IMG/VR virus record: IMGVR_UViG_3300029787_000061
Span: 1-54,682 of that record
DNA from: a virus
Lineage: Duplodnaviria > Caudoviricetes
Strand: one strand, 5' to 3'
Length of the DNA: 54,682 bases
The position numbers were made by a program, and so were the translations under genes. The notes under the pieces were generated by a model. That model saw nothing but the letters and a program-made list of their open reading frames with translations. It did no database searches and was not told where the DNA came from. Shown one piece after another: positions 1-8,358 of this stretch. Each line of letters opens with the position of its first letter. The stretch's first letter is position 1.

Positions 1-793
1 GCTCTCTCAACTGAACACAGAAGTCAGTCTGTGATACTAGGTTTGTAATCTGCTTAGTTGACTTAGCACATATCAATACCTTACTCTTCTGTAAGTTATC
101 AATAGACTGAATCATTTGTTCACAATCCTTGTCAGCAACCAACTCATGCTTGTCTAATAAACGTGACTCATATACTTCTACCTTTGGTGGTAAAATGTAA
201 CCTTGCTTGACCAACTGAGGAGCTGGAACCTGACATATAACATTACCGAATATATCACTATCATTCATACCTGCTTTAAATGGTGTGAGACTGTGCTTAG
301 GTGTGGCAGTAAAGAAGTAAGACCTATCAGCATCCCATGAGAAATGCTCAACAGGAACAATGAAGTTTCTTTGTACTGAGTTATGTGCTTCATCAAAGTA
401 GATAGTATCAACATTGATACCTGATTCTTCAACTCTATGTAATGAATGATAAGTTGTAAATATAATCTTACGACCCATTGTTGTCTCATAAAAAGATTGA
501 ATCTCAAATGGGTTTGTGGTATTATACATTCCTTTGACTTTACCACTATGAACGTGCAATACAGACACATCATTGTAATGCTCATCAAGGATTTCCATAA
601 ACTCTTTACATAGTTGCTCTGCAAGTAGTATGCGTGGTGCAACTACAACAATCGTACCATAGTATTCTAACTGTTTAACAGCATCCATAATCATACAGAT
701 GGTCTTACCACCACCAGTAGGAACAATGACCTGTCCTTTGTCATTGTCTAACATTGATTGAATTGCTTGCTCTTGATGGGGTCTTAGTTGCAT
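1..793 (-). CDS. SF2 (DEAH-box, ResIII-like) helicase, partial (runs off the left edge)
   Basis: Not in the ORF track because it is truncated. Manual translation from ATG at 793 gives MQLRPHQEQAIQSMLDNDKGQVIVPTGGGKT (Q motif, Walker A) ...VVVAPRILLAEQL (Ia) ...IYFDEAH (Walker B) ...FFTATP (III). Confidence 0.9.
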   Translation of the reverse strand, partial: MQLRPHQEQAIQSMLDNDKGQVIVPTGGGKTICMIMDAVKQLEYYGTIVVVAPRILLAEQLCKEFMEILDEHYNDVSVLHVHSGKVKGMYNTTNPFEIQSFYETTMGRKIIFTTYHSLHRVEESGINVDTIYFDEAHNSVQRNFIVPVEHFSWDADRSYFFTATPKHSLTPFKAGMNDSDIFGNVICQVPAPQLVKQGYILPPKVEVYESRLLDKHELVADKDCEQMIQSIDNLQKSKVLICAKSTKQITNLVSQTDFCVQLRE

Positions 794-814
794 TAGTGTT
801 CTTTAGATGTCTTT

Positions 815-870
815 ATTATAGCATGAACTTAGTTAATGGTGTTTCTTCGATGACAGTTTGTGTAGTGTCC
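815..870 (-). promoter_or_regulatory. sigma70-type promoter (TGcTATAAT) with upstream imperfect inverted repeat, driving the helicase
   Basis: Minus-strand TGCTATAAT at 815-823. Imperfect palindrome ATGACAGTT-TGTG-TAGTGTCC at 850-870. Confidence 0.6.
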
Positions 871-2123
871 ATATCTTTCTTTGATAATACATCATCATTA
901 TTATCAATCCAAGAAATTGTGGGTTCACCTACATAACCTTTCTCCCATACAAACCAAGCATAAACCATCATACCAGTTGTATATTTTCCATCTTCTCTTA
1001 ATTTATCTCCCAACATAGGGTATCTTGTAAAAACGTAAACTTTCTTCAAAGGATACTTTTTATCAGAATAAATCTCATCAAATCTTTTCTTACCATGAAG
1101 ATATGATAATGGTAACAATAATGCAAACTTATGGTTAGCAACTGTTTTTGCCTTTAATATAAACTCTTGTGCAAGTGAGAAAGGTGGATTAGTAACAATA
1201 TAATCATAATTACCTGTTTCTGATAAGAAATTAGTTTCTTCATCGTATGCACTAACCAAACTATTTTCCCATCTTTCTTTTAAGATATTGCTAATTGCTC
1301 CTGCACCACAAGCTGGTTCACATACTGTAAGTGACTTATCGAATGGTTCTACATCTAAAAACTTTCTAGTCAAACTGTATGGTGTCTCGTAAAAGTCAGA
1401 CTTTCTTCTTTTACCAGTTGCATTATTAGCACTAAAGTTCTTACCTTTCGATTTTTCCATAAAGATATGTTCTATTACTCTTACAGTTGTATCATATATT
1501 ATATCATAAATTTCATTTTGTGTCCACACCTCCTCTCTCATATGAACAGATGTCAAGGAATCGGGATGAAATGTATAATCAACATTTCTTTCGTGGTAGT
1601 TTGTAAGAACATCTAATCTATCAATAATGCTTGATTCTTCCTTAAAGTCACAACCAGATAGAAACATATTATATGGGAAAAAATTAAATGGAGTGCAAAA
1701 TGATTTCAATTCAAGATAATTTTTACAACTTCTCTCTATCGCATTTCCCATAGAGTGTGGTGCTTTTCCCTCTTCTTTTCTCTTATCATTTGTTCCTTGT
1801 TGTTTTGCTTCACATATACAAATTGGATATTTAACACCATCATGTATCATATAAAGAAGACCACCATCAGGTAAAATGTATGGGTCATTTGATTCTGGTT
1901 TCCAATTTAATGCACCAACATTTTTGGCAATATCACTTTTCTTCAACTTTTTTTGTAAAACAAATACACAATTAGGAAAATTCTTCTTCAGTTCTGGTAA
2001 TAATACATTTTTTACTGTATCGTAAAGATTGTTTTCAAGTAATTTTGCCTTTTCATTATTTGTACCCCTACCGCCTCCAAATCCAGTAGCAATTTTTCTT
2101 AGGTGGTCACTTTGAGTTTTCAT
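816..2123 (-). CDS. EcoRI-family restriction endonuclease fused to a small N6-adenine DNA methyltransferase
   Basis: N-half has PDGG, EAKQQG, GNAIERSCKN, FPYNMFLSGCDF and DRLD, matching the EcoRI catalytic and recognition motifs (PDGG/EAKHQG/GNAIERSHKN). C-half has DFYETP, EPACGAG (motif I) and IVTNPPF (motif IV). One open frame. ATG at 2123 is preferred over GTG at 2144, which lies too close to the -10 box. Confidence 0.85.
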   Translation of the reverse strand: MKTQSDHLRKIATGFGGGRGTNNEKAKLLENNLYDTVKNVLLPELKKNFPNCVFVLQKKLKKSDIAKNVGALNWKPESNDPYILPDGGLLYMIHDGVKYPICICEAKQQGTNDKRKEEGKAPHSMGNAIERSCKNYLELKSFCTPFNFFPYNMFLSGCDFKEESSIIDRLDVLTNYHERNVDYTFHPDSLTSVHMREEVWTQNEIYDIIYDTTVRVIEHIFMEKSKGKNFSANNATGKRRKSDFYETPYSLTRKFLDVEPFDKSLTVCEPACGAGAISNILKERWENSLVSAYDEETNFLSETGNYDYIVTNPPFSLAQEFILKAKTVANHKFALLLPLSYLHGKKRFDEIYSDKKYPLKKVYVFTRYPMLGDKLREDGKYTTGMMVYAWFVWEKGYVGEPTISWIDNNDDVLSKKDMDTTQTVIEETPLTKFML

Positions 2124-2146
2124 TATAAAAATTTGTTTATGCACTT

Positions 2147-2202
2147 ATTATAGCATTGAAAAACCCCTTGTGCATATATTTGTGCCACTTATACAACTGG
2201 TC
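2147..2202 (-). promoter_or_regulatory. sigma70-type promoter (TGcTATAAT) with upstream imperfect inverted repeat, driving the REase-MTase
   Basis: Minus-strand TGCTATAAT at 2147-2155. Imperfect palindrome GTGCCACTT-ATAC-AACTGGTC at 2182-2202, with the same 29-bp gap to the -10 hexamer as the copy at 850-870. Confidence 0.65.
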
Positions 2203-2752
2203 AAGTGATATTAACATTAAATGATAAAATAATTCTAATATCACTTGACCTATTAGGTAAAACATAATGAGTTATCATTGAAGGAAAGAAAATAATTTGT
2301 CCTTCATCTACTTTCGGGGCATATTCTATAAGATTACCTGTTGGGTCATTAAAAGGGGAGAGAAAAATAGTCGGTTGATGTTTATTCTTGTCAAATTTAA
2401 TATAAACTACTGAACTATATCCTATCGCACCATGTGAATGTGGAGAATGAAATTGACTTTTATAATATTGTTGAAACCACACGTTTCCGATTCTCATTTT
2501 TGATAATTTAGATTCATTTTTAAATTTTTGCAATTCTTTTTTTAATATAAGAACAACTTGATCTCTGTAAACATTATCATTACCACTATTATAATCTGTA
2601 TAGAGATTATCAGCATTAACACCTACCTTAGTTTTTTCTCCTATATCAAAATTTTTAAAGTCTATTGTTGAGCATATTTCTAACAATTTTTGTTTTTTAT
2701 CTTTCCAATCATCTATCTCATATTTAAAAAAAGGAATATTAAACAAATTCAT
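2201..2752 (-). CDS. 2OG-Fe(II) oxygenase-like protein (TIGR02466-like)
   Basis: WFQQY..FHSPHSH..YSSVVY..GQIIFFPSMITHYV..RIILSFN double-stranded beta-helix pattern. Confidence 0.8.
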   Translation of the reverse strand: MNLFNIPFFKYEIDDWKDKKQKLLEICSTIDFKNFDIGEKTKVGVNADNLYTDYNSGNDNVYRDQVVLILKKELQKFKNESKLSKMRIGNVWFQQYYKSQFHSPHSHGAIGYSSVVYIKFDKNKHQPTIFLSPFNDPTGNLIEYAPKVDEGQIIFFPSMITHYVLPNRSSDIRIILSFNVNIT

Positions 2753-3839
2753 TATTTAACCTCCAATTATCAAAGTTCCATGTTTTCCATTGACCATACT
2801 CTTCATCCTCATCTAGATTACCTTTAATTATATCATAAAATTTTTGGTCAGGATTGAAGGGGAGTGATTTAGCATACTCCCAAAAAGGACTATCAAACTT
2901 TGATCCATACTGATAATGCCAAAGAATTATATTTTCAAGTTGTTTTACATTTGTTTTTATATTTTTATTACAATTATCAAATGTATCATTGGCGAACATT
3001 CCATCCCAAGCACATTTACACAATTTATGATACATTCCAACAGCTGTTGCTTCCATTGGTTCAATAAACCCATACATATTACCCTGTAGGATTGTCCTCT
3101 CTCCAATTCTGAAATTTTTTGCAACATAATTACTAAACTCAAGTGTATCTGTGACATAATCTAAATCAAATCTAGATGTAAAATCATCAATGGCATCTTG
3201 CTTTTTAGTTATAGTGTTGTTAAACAAATATCCATAGGATACACTATCTTGATTTGGAATAATAAATGTCCATCCATTAGGAGTTGCAACACATTTTGTG
3301 TAGATCAAATCATTATCTCTTTCAAATTTTTTAGATAATAGAACAGAATTTAGAGGATTAATTAATTCCTCATAATTATCTAAATCTCGATTATGTCTTC
3401 CTCTACAATCAAATATAACATTTGCATCTATTTCTTTTTCTGGGTTTTTAATTGTTTGTTCATATACATCAAAAAGACCAGATTGTATTACATTTTCAGA
3501 CAACTTTTTAGGTACGAAATGAATACCCATATCATGCCACAAAAAAGGATGGAAAATTTTATCCTGTTTTCTACCCCAATTTTCATATAAAATACCACTT
3601 TTAAATGTTGCACCAATAGGATTATTATACCAGTTTATATCTAGTGCATCAGCGATTAATTCTGGAACTGTCAAAGTAGTTCCCTGCCCTACTTTTTCAA
3701 TAGGATGATATTCTGGACTGTGGTAAATTTTTATTTCAAAATTTCCTAAGTCCCCACCATCTCTAAGATGTTTATAAAAGTGTAATGCAGTTATGCATCC
3801 CGCATTTCCAGCACCAATAATAGCAATTTTATACTTCAT
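2739..3839 (-). CDS. Flavin-dependent tryptophan-halogenase-like (PrnA family) protein
   Basis: GAGNAG FAD-binding loop; VGQGT; ATFKSGI with Lys at the PrnA catalytic position; DCRG; WTFIIP (WxWxIP variant); GFIEPMEAT (cf. GFxEPLEST). Confidence 0.8.
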   Translation of the reverse strand: MKYKIAIIGAGNAGCITALHFYKHLRDGGDLGNFEIKIYHSPEYHPIEKVGQGTTLTVPELIADALDINWYNNPIGATFKSGILYENWGRKQDKIFHPFLWHDMGIHFVPKKLSENVIQSGLFDVYEQTIKNPEKEIDANVIFDCRGRHNRDLDNYEELINPLNSVLLSKKFERDNDLIYTKCVATPNGWTFIIPNQDSVSYGYLFNNTITKKQDAIDDFTSRFDLDYVTDTLEFSNYVAKNFRIGERTILQGNMYGFIEPMEATAVGMYHKLCKCAWDGMFANDTFDNCNKNIKTNVKQLENIILWHYQYGSKFDSPFWEYAKSLPFNPDQKFYDIIKGNLDEDEEYGQWKTWNFDNWRLNNEFV

Positions 3840-4354
3840 ATAAAAAATGAAAGAGTTAACCTACCTGTTTCCATAGTATCACCAAATAAATCTGTTGGAG
3901 CATGGATAAGAGATGATGGGTATGCAACTAATCTATTAAATTTATTATCAACTTCATTGTCAACGTTGTCTATAATTATTGTTGTTCCACTGTTTGATGG
4001 AGGATTTGGACTTAAATAAACAATACCTGCAAAATTTGAGTTGTCCGTATGAAATTTACTATTATCAAAATCTAGTAGTGTATATCTAGTTTTGTCAAGA
4101 GCTATATGAAAATAAAAGTTTCCATCATATTCATTTAAGGTTAAATTAAAAAAACTAGATAGAATTTTTTTAATTTTTTGGCAAAACTGATCCAATGTTT
4201 TGCTATTAAAGGTCTTTAATTCATCTGTTCTATATCCTCTCCACCCTACATCATAGTTCATTTCTTCGGCACTTGAGTATCTAGATGCCAATGCAATATT
4301 TCTAATATTTTCTGCACATGCAAAAAAATTATCTAGTATCAAAATATTTTCCAT
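3836..4354 (-). CDS. 2OG-Fe(II) oxygenase-like protein (DUF6445-like)
   Basis: ILILDNFF..GWRGYRT..FHTD..AGIVYLSP..SGT..NKFNRLVAYPSSLIHA..RLT. Start moved to ATG 4354, downstream of the promoter. ATGA overlap with the halogenase. Confidence 0.75.
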   Translation of the reverse strand: MENILILDNFFACAENIRNIALASRYSSAEEMNYDVGWRGYRTDELKTFNSKTLDQFCQKIKKILSSFFNLTLNEYDGNFYFHIALDKTRYTLLDFDNSKFHTDNSNFAGIVYLSPNPPSNSGTTIIIDNVDNEVDNKFNRLVAYPSSLIHAPTDLFGDTMETGRLTLSFFI

Positions 4355-4360
4355 ATAATT

Positions 4361-4410
4361 ATTATAACAAAAAAATAACTGTTTGACAAGTGAAATATAT
4401 ATGTTATAAT
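4361..4410. promoter_or_regulatory. Bidirectional sigma70-type promoter pair sharing one -35 element
   Basis: Plus strand: TTGACA 4383-4388, 16 bp, TATAAT 4405-4410 with extended TG. Minus strand: TTGTCA 4389-4384, 17 bp, TATAAT 4366-4361 with extended TG. Confidence 0.85.
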
Positions 4411-4427
4411 AGTGAATAAACTTGTGC

Positions 4428-5051
4428 ATGGAAAAAGAAGATATAGAAGCTACATTGAATATAGATCCATTTCCACACGTTATAATTAATAATTTTTATA
4501 ATGAAGAGGAATTGAAATTAATATGGCAAGAATTAGATTTTTATACACATCCTAATAAACTTGTTCCCGCAAAAGATTATGGTGGTATAGTTGGTTCAAC
4601 AAACGCTCTTGCACTACAATTAGATACATTGTACTCTGGTCATAGACAGGTATCAAATATTTTAACTATTAATCGAAAATTGTTTGACAAAGAAATTCTG
4701 AATACTATATCAGATATAGGAGGTAGTTTTACGATATTCAAGTGGGTAAATGATGATATAACCAAAGTAAGGTATTATCACGATGGCGAATACTATGAGT
4801 CACATACTGACTATACCATGCACTTTCTAGCATTTTCTTATTTTTTTAGAGAACCTAAAAAATTTAAAGGTGGAAATCTAGTTTTCCCAAAATATAATTA
4901 TGAATATGAATGTAATAATAACTCTGTAATAATAATGCCTGGTTGGGTTGAACATGGTGTATCAGAGGTTAGCATTGAAGATTCTGATTACTACGATGGT
5001 TTTGGAAGATATGCTATAACTAGTTTTATTAATTGTAAAGATAAAAAATAA
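4428..5051 (+). CDS. 2OG-Fe(II) oxygenase (prolyl-4-hydroxylase-like)
   Basis: PFPHVIINNFY..YYESHTD (HxD)..GGNLVFP..IIMPGWVEHGV..GRYAITSF. ATG at 4428. Confidence 0.85.
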   Translation: MEKEDIEATLNIDPFPHVIINNFYNEEELKLIWQELDFYTHPNKLVPAKDYGGIVGSTNALALQLDTLYSGHRQVSNILTINRKLFDKEILNTISDIGGSFTIFKWVNDDITKVRYYHDGEYYESHTDYTMHFLAFSYFFREPKKFKGGNLVFPKYNYEYECNNNSVIIMPGWVEHGVSEVSIEDSDYYDGFGRYAITSFINCKDKK

Positions 5052-6149
5052 TTATGAAATATTTGTTGCAGTAGTGTCCCCACTAATATTTGGAGAACCT
5101 ATCAGTGTGAAAGATATACTACCACTTGCTTTTCTTATTGCTGCACCATTTCCACCACCAATTCCAGGACCTGCTGTATTTGGATCTTCATGTCTCGTTC
5201 CATTTAATGAACCAGCCTCTCCAGCATCAGCAGATGCATCTCCTGTGTGTCCTCCTTCTCCTCCATTACCACCTACTACACCAGATTCCACACTTTCAGC
5301 TTCAGTTTCAGGACCACCCTCCCCTGCCTGTTCATGATCCCCTGCTGTTCCGTTAGCACCTCCACTTCCTCCACTACCACCAGGTGCACCTTGTCCACCG
5401 CCACCACCAGATCCTGCAATGTTTACAGTGGGACCTCTTCCACCTCCCCATGAACTTCCCTCTCTTTTTGTTCTTGCACCACCACCTGCACCACCACCAC
5501 CAAATCCACAAGCAATCAATCCATTCTCTGCTGTTTGAATTTTAGTTCCACTATAATCAATTCCTAAACCACTTGTACCATCTGTGCCTGGTGTTCCAAC
5601 ATTATTACTTTGACCATTACCACCATTACCACCAGCTCCAATGACTGTACCACCATCAACCTCTACTAATAGTTCAGTTCCGCTATCCCAATTTCCAGTT
5701 CTCAAAGCTACATTATTTACATTTCCTTGTGAAGATCCAATAACTTTTGTGACGTGTATAATAACTTTTTTACCATTTGTGCTAGAAGGTTTAGAATTAC
5801 CTGCACTACCAACTACTGTATAATTGCCAGATGGAGATGAAGCATTATACTTATCATTCTTTGCATTGACACGATTTTGATTATTAGAGTGAAAATCTAG
5901 AATAATATTTTGTTTTGCACTAAAAAAATCACTAAATTTTATTTCTTGATCATCTACAGGTATATTACTATTCGCACTTATACCACAACCATCTCTTGAT
6001 AATGATACCTCAGTTAAAGCACCAATATTAAGATTATTCATTCTATAATCGCCAAGCGATCTACTTGCGTTTTGCCCAAACTCATTTTCAATCTCAGTAA
6101 ATGATAATGAATTTGATGGTGGATTACCACCTGACGCTTTAATTGCCAT
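5052..6149 (-). CDS. Glycine-rich tail-fibre-associated structural protein
   Basis: N-terminal SLSFTEIENEFG..SLGDY module and C-terminal poly-Gly loops (GAGGNGGNG, GGGGAGGG) resembling gp38-type adhesins. Last gene of a structural operon. Confidence 0.65.
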   Translation of the reverse strand: MAIKASGGNPPSNSLSFTEIENEFGQNASRSLGDYRMNNLNIGALTEVSLSRDGCGISANSNIPVDDQEIKFSDFFSAKQNIILDFHSNNQNRVNAKNDKYNASSPSGNYTVVGSAGNSKPSSTNGKKVIIHVTKVIGSSQGNVNNVALRTGNWDSGTELLVEVDGGTVIGAGGNGGNGQSNNVGTPGTDGTSGLGIDYSGTKIQTAENGLIACGFGGGGAGGGARTKREGSSWGGGRGPTVNIAGSGGGGGQGAPGGSGGSGGANGTAGDHEQAGEGGPETEAESVESGVVGGNGGEGGHTGDASADAGEAGSLNGTRHEDPNTAGPGIGGGNGAAIRKASGSISFTLIGSPNISGDTTATNIS

Positions 6150-8335
6150 TAACCTGTGACCTCAACACTGGTAACTGTCTCCCAATTTGTTCCATTAAAG
6201 AATTGTAATTTTTTTAAAGTAGTATTATAAATTAATCCTCCTCCCTCTGCACTATTAGATTGAATTACTGATGTGCTTCCAGCAGATACTTTTGGTAATA
6301 AAATAAATTTCTTAGATGCACTTGATAATGGACCAGATACATCTAATATACCATCAGGTTCAGTTGAACCAATACCAACATTTTTAAATAATGCGTCACC
6401 GTTTGTAACATCAAGGTTAGCTGTAAGAATTGGAATAGTTGTATTAATTCCTACTTTAAAAAATGTCGAGACTCCACTGGTTGCATTAACATTTCCTGTT
6501 AAATTACCAGTAACGTTTCCAACAAGATTAGTATTAATACTAGGAATAACTAAATTACCATTAATTGTCAGATTTCCACCTACAGTTGTATTACCAGATA
6601 TACTCAAGTTTCCTCCAACAAAGGAATTACTTGTAATAGTGCAAACACCTGCTACAGTTAAAGTTTCACCAGGATTTGTAACTCCAATTCCAAGACGACC
6701 TGTATTAGTCAAGGTCATTAATCTTGCTGAATTAACACCCTTATGCCATTGGAAATCTCCTGCTGCTGCACCAGGATTATTAGCACTTATGTGATAATTA
6801 AAGTTTCCTGTTCCATAATTTAATATATCTAATGATTGTGCAGAACTATAAGGTGCACCTGCTCCACCACCATATCTAAACTCTGCATTATTTGTATTTG
6901 ATGTTCCTGATTCTCTACCAACTGTAAGACCTGCAATACCTGTGTCACTTGTGACTTGTATTTCTGTATTACCTGTTCCTCTTACTTGAATTGGATTAGC
7001 TGGCACGTCAGTTCCAACACCAATCAAAGGAGAATTAAGTTCTGTTGTTGCTGTAATGACACCTGATGCAACAATATTAGTTGTGTCTATTTGATTATAT
7101 ACAGTGACACCGACTCCAGAAGTCGAAAATTTTTCATTACCATCAAAATATAATTTTGTTCCAGCATTTTTAGTAGCGACCAACATTTTTTCTGATCCTC
7201 CACCAAGTGGAGGATTAAATGTTATCATCTCAATCTCATTGTCAGATTGTAATATTAAATTTCCTGTACCAGAATCTTTAAGATAACTGTGTCCGTTTAT
7301 AGAATCATGATATATTTGTAAATCTTCACTATCACCCAAACGTATTGATGCATCATCTCTAAAATATGCTGTTGAACCAAATCCAACAGTTGCACCAACA
7401 CCGAGAACCACATCTTCACTAAATGTTGAAACACCAGCGATGCTTACATTATCTAAATTTGTATGACCATCTACATCAATACCAGCACCAAAGTTTGTAT
7501 CACCTCCAATAGTTACATCACCATTAGAATTTATTTGTAATCTATCAGCATTATTTGTAGCATCGTAAATTTTAAAAGTTCCATTATTATTGAAAACTAA
7601 ATAATCATCATCATTATTTGTATCAGTTAGGTGTAATTTTGCCTCAACACCTTGAATAATTACATCACCACTTGTGACAGTTAAGTCACCTGACATAGTA
7701 GTAACACCAGCGATGCTTACATTATCTAAATTCGTATGACCATCAACATCTATGTCTGCGTTAAGATCAACATTGCCAGAAATAGTAGTCGCACCTGTAA
7801 TATTACCAGTTAAATTTCCTACAAAAGATGATGCTGTAACGATTCCTGTTGCCTTTATATTACCTACAGAACTTATTCCTACACCATTTTGCGAAGAATC
7901 TACATCACCACCAACTTGGACTGTGAATCTTGGATCAACAGTTGCTACACCAACGTTGCCACCAGTGTTGTATATACTAGTAAATCCTAAACCTACATCA
8001 ACATCTGCCCATTGAGAAGTTGGCATACCCTGTAAAAATCTAGCATCACCATAAAATGTAACTATTCCTGAACCTGTTGCAGTAACAATTCCACTTACAA
8101 CACTGATACCTGCCCCTATTATTTTCGTTGGTTCTAATGTAGTTACTGTTAACACTCCAACATTGACTTGATTTATATCTACAGAACCACTTACACTCAT
8201 ATTACCACGAACATCAAGAGCTTCTGTTGGCACGGTGGTTCCGATACCTACCAGACCAGTAGAAGTTACTAACAGATTGTCATCATCAACCTGAACACCG
8301 TTACGAAAATTAAAATTCTTCTTGATATTTGCCAT
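6149..8335 (-). CDS. Virion structural / tail-fibre protein (728 aa)
   Basis: Multiple VGIGT fibre motifs, duplicated DVDGHTNLDNVSIAGV, C-terminal GLIYNTTLKKLQFFNGTNW. Late promoter upstream. Confidence 0.75.
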   Translation of the reverse strand: MANIKKNFNFRNGVQVDDDNLLVTSTGLVGIGTTVPTEALDVRGNMSVSGSVDINQVNVGVLTVTTLEPTKIIGAGISVVSGIVTATGSGIVTFYGDARFLQGMPTSQWADVDVGLGFTSIYNTGGNVGVATVDPRFTVQVGGDVDSSQNGVGISSVGNIKATGIVTASSFVGNLTGNITGATTISGNVDLNADIDVDGHTNLDNVSIAGVTTMSGDLTVTSGDVIIQGVEAKLHLTDTNNDDDYLVFNNNGTFKIYDATNNADRLQINSNGDVTIGGDTNFGAGIDVDGHTNLDNVSIAGVSTFSEDVVLGVGATVGFGSTAYFRDDASIRLGDSEDLQIYHDSINGHSYLKDSGTGNLILQSDNEIEMITFNPPLGGGSEKMLVATKNAGTKLYFDGNEKFSTSGVGVTVYNQIDTTNIVASGVITATTELNSPLIGVGTDVPANPIQVRGTGNTEIQVTSDTGIAGLTVGRESGTSNTNNAEFRYGGGAGAPYSSAQSLDILNYGTGNFNYHISANNPGAAAGDFQWHKGVNSARLMTLTNTGRLGIGVTNPGETLTVAGVCTITSNSFVGGNLSISGNTTVGGNLTINGNLVIPSINTNLVGNVTGNLTGNVNATSGVSTFFKVGINTTIPILTANLDVTNGDALFKNVGIGSTEPDGILDVSGPLSSASKKFILLPKVSAGSTSVIQSNSAEGGGLIYNTTLKKLQFFNGTNWETVTSVEVTG
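7431..7750. repeat. 47-bp intragenic direct repeat (7431-7477 and 7704-7750)
   Basis: 45/47 identical; encodes DVDGHTNLDNVSIAGV twice. Confidence 0.9.
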
Positions 8336-8343
8336 CAGTTATC

Positions 8344-8358
8344 TTTTTAGTTATTTAT
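8344..8358 (-). promoter_or_regulatory. T4-like late promoter (ATAAATA + ACTAAAAA)
   Basis: ATAAATAACTAAAAA on the minus strand just upstream of ATG 8335. Confidence 0.7.

Noticed and set aside
265-936. ORFs 265-642 (-) and 754-936 (+)
   Set aside because: They overlap the helicase and MTase frames, which have clear motifs.
1-2123. Helicase plus REase-MTase as a Type I/III R-M operon
   Set aside because: The helicase has its own promoter cassette and is truncated by the window, and no specificity subunit is seen; linkage cannot be supported.
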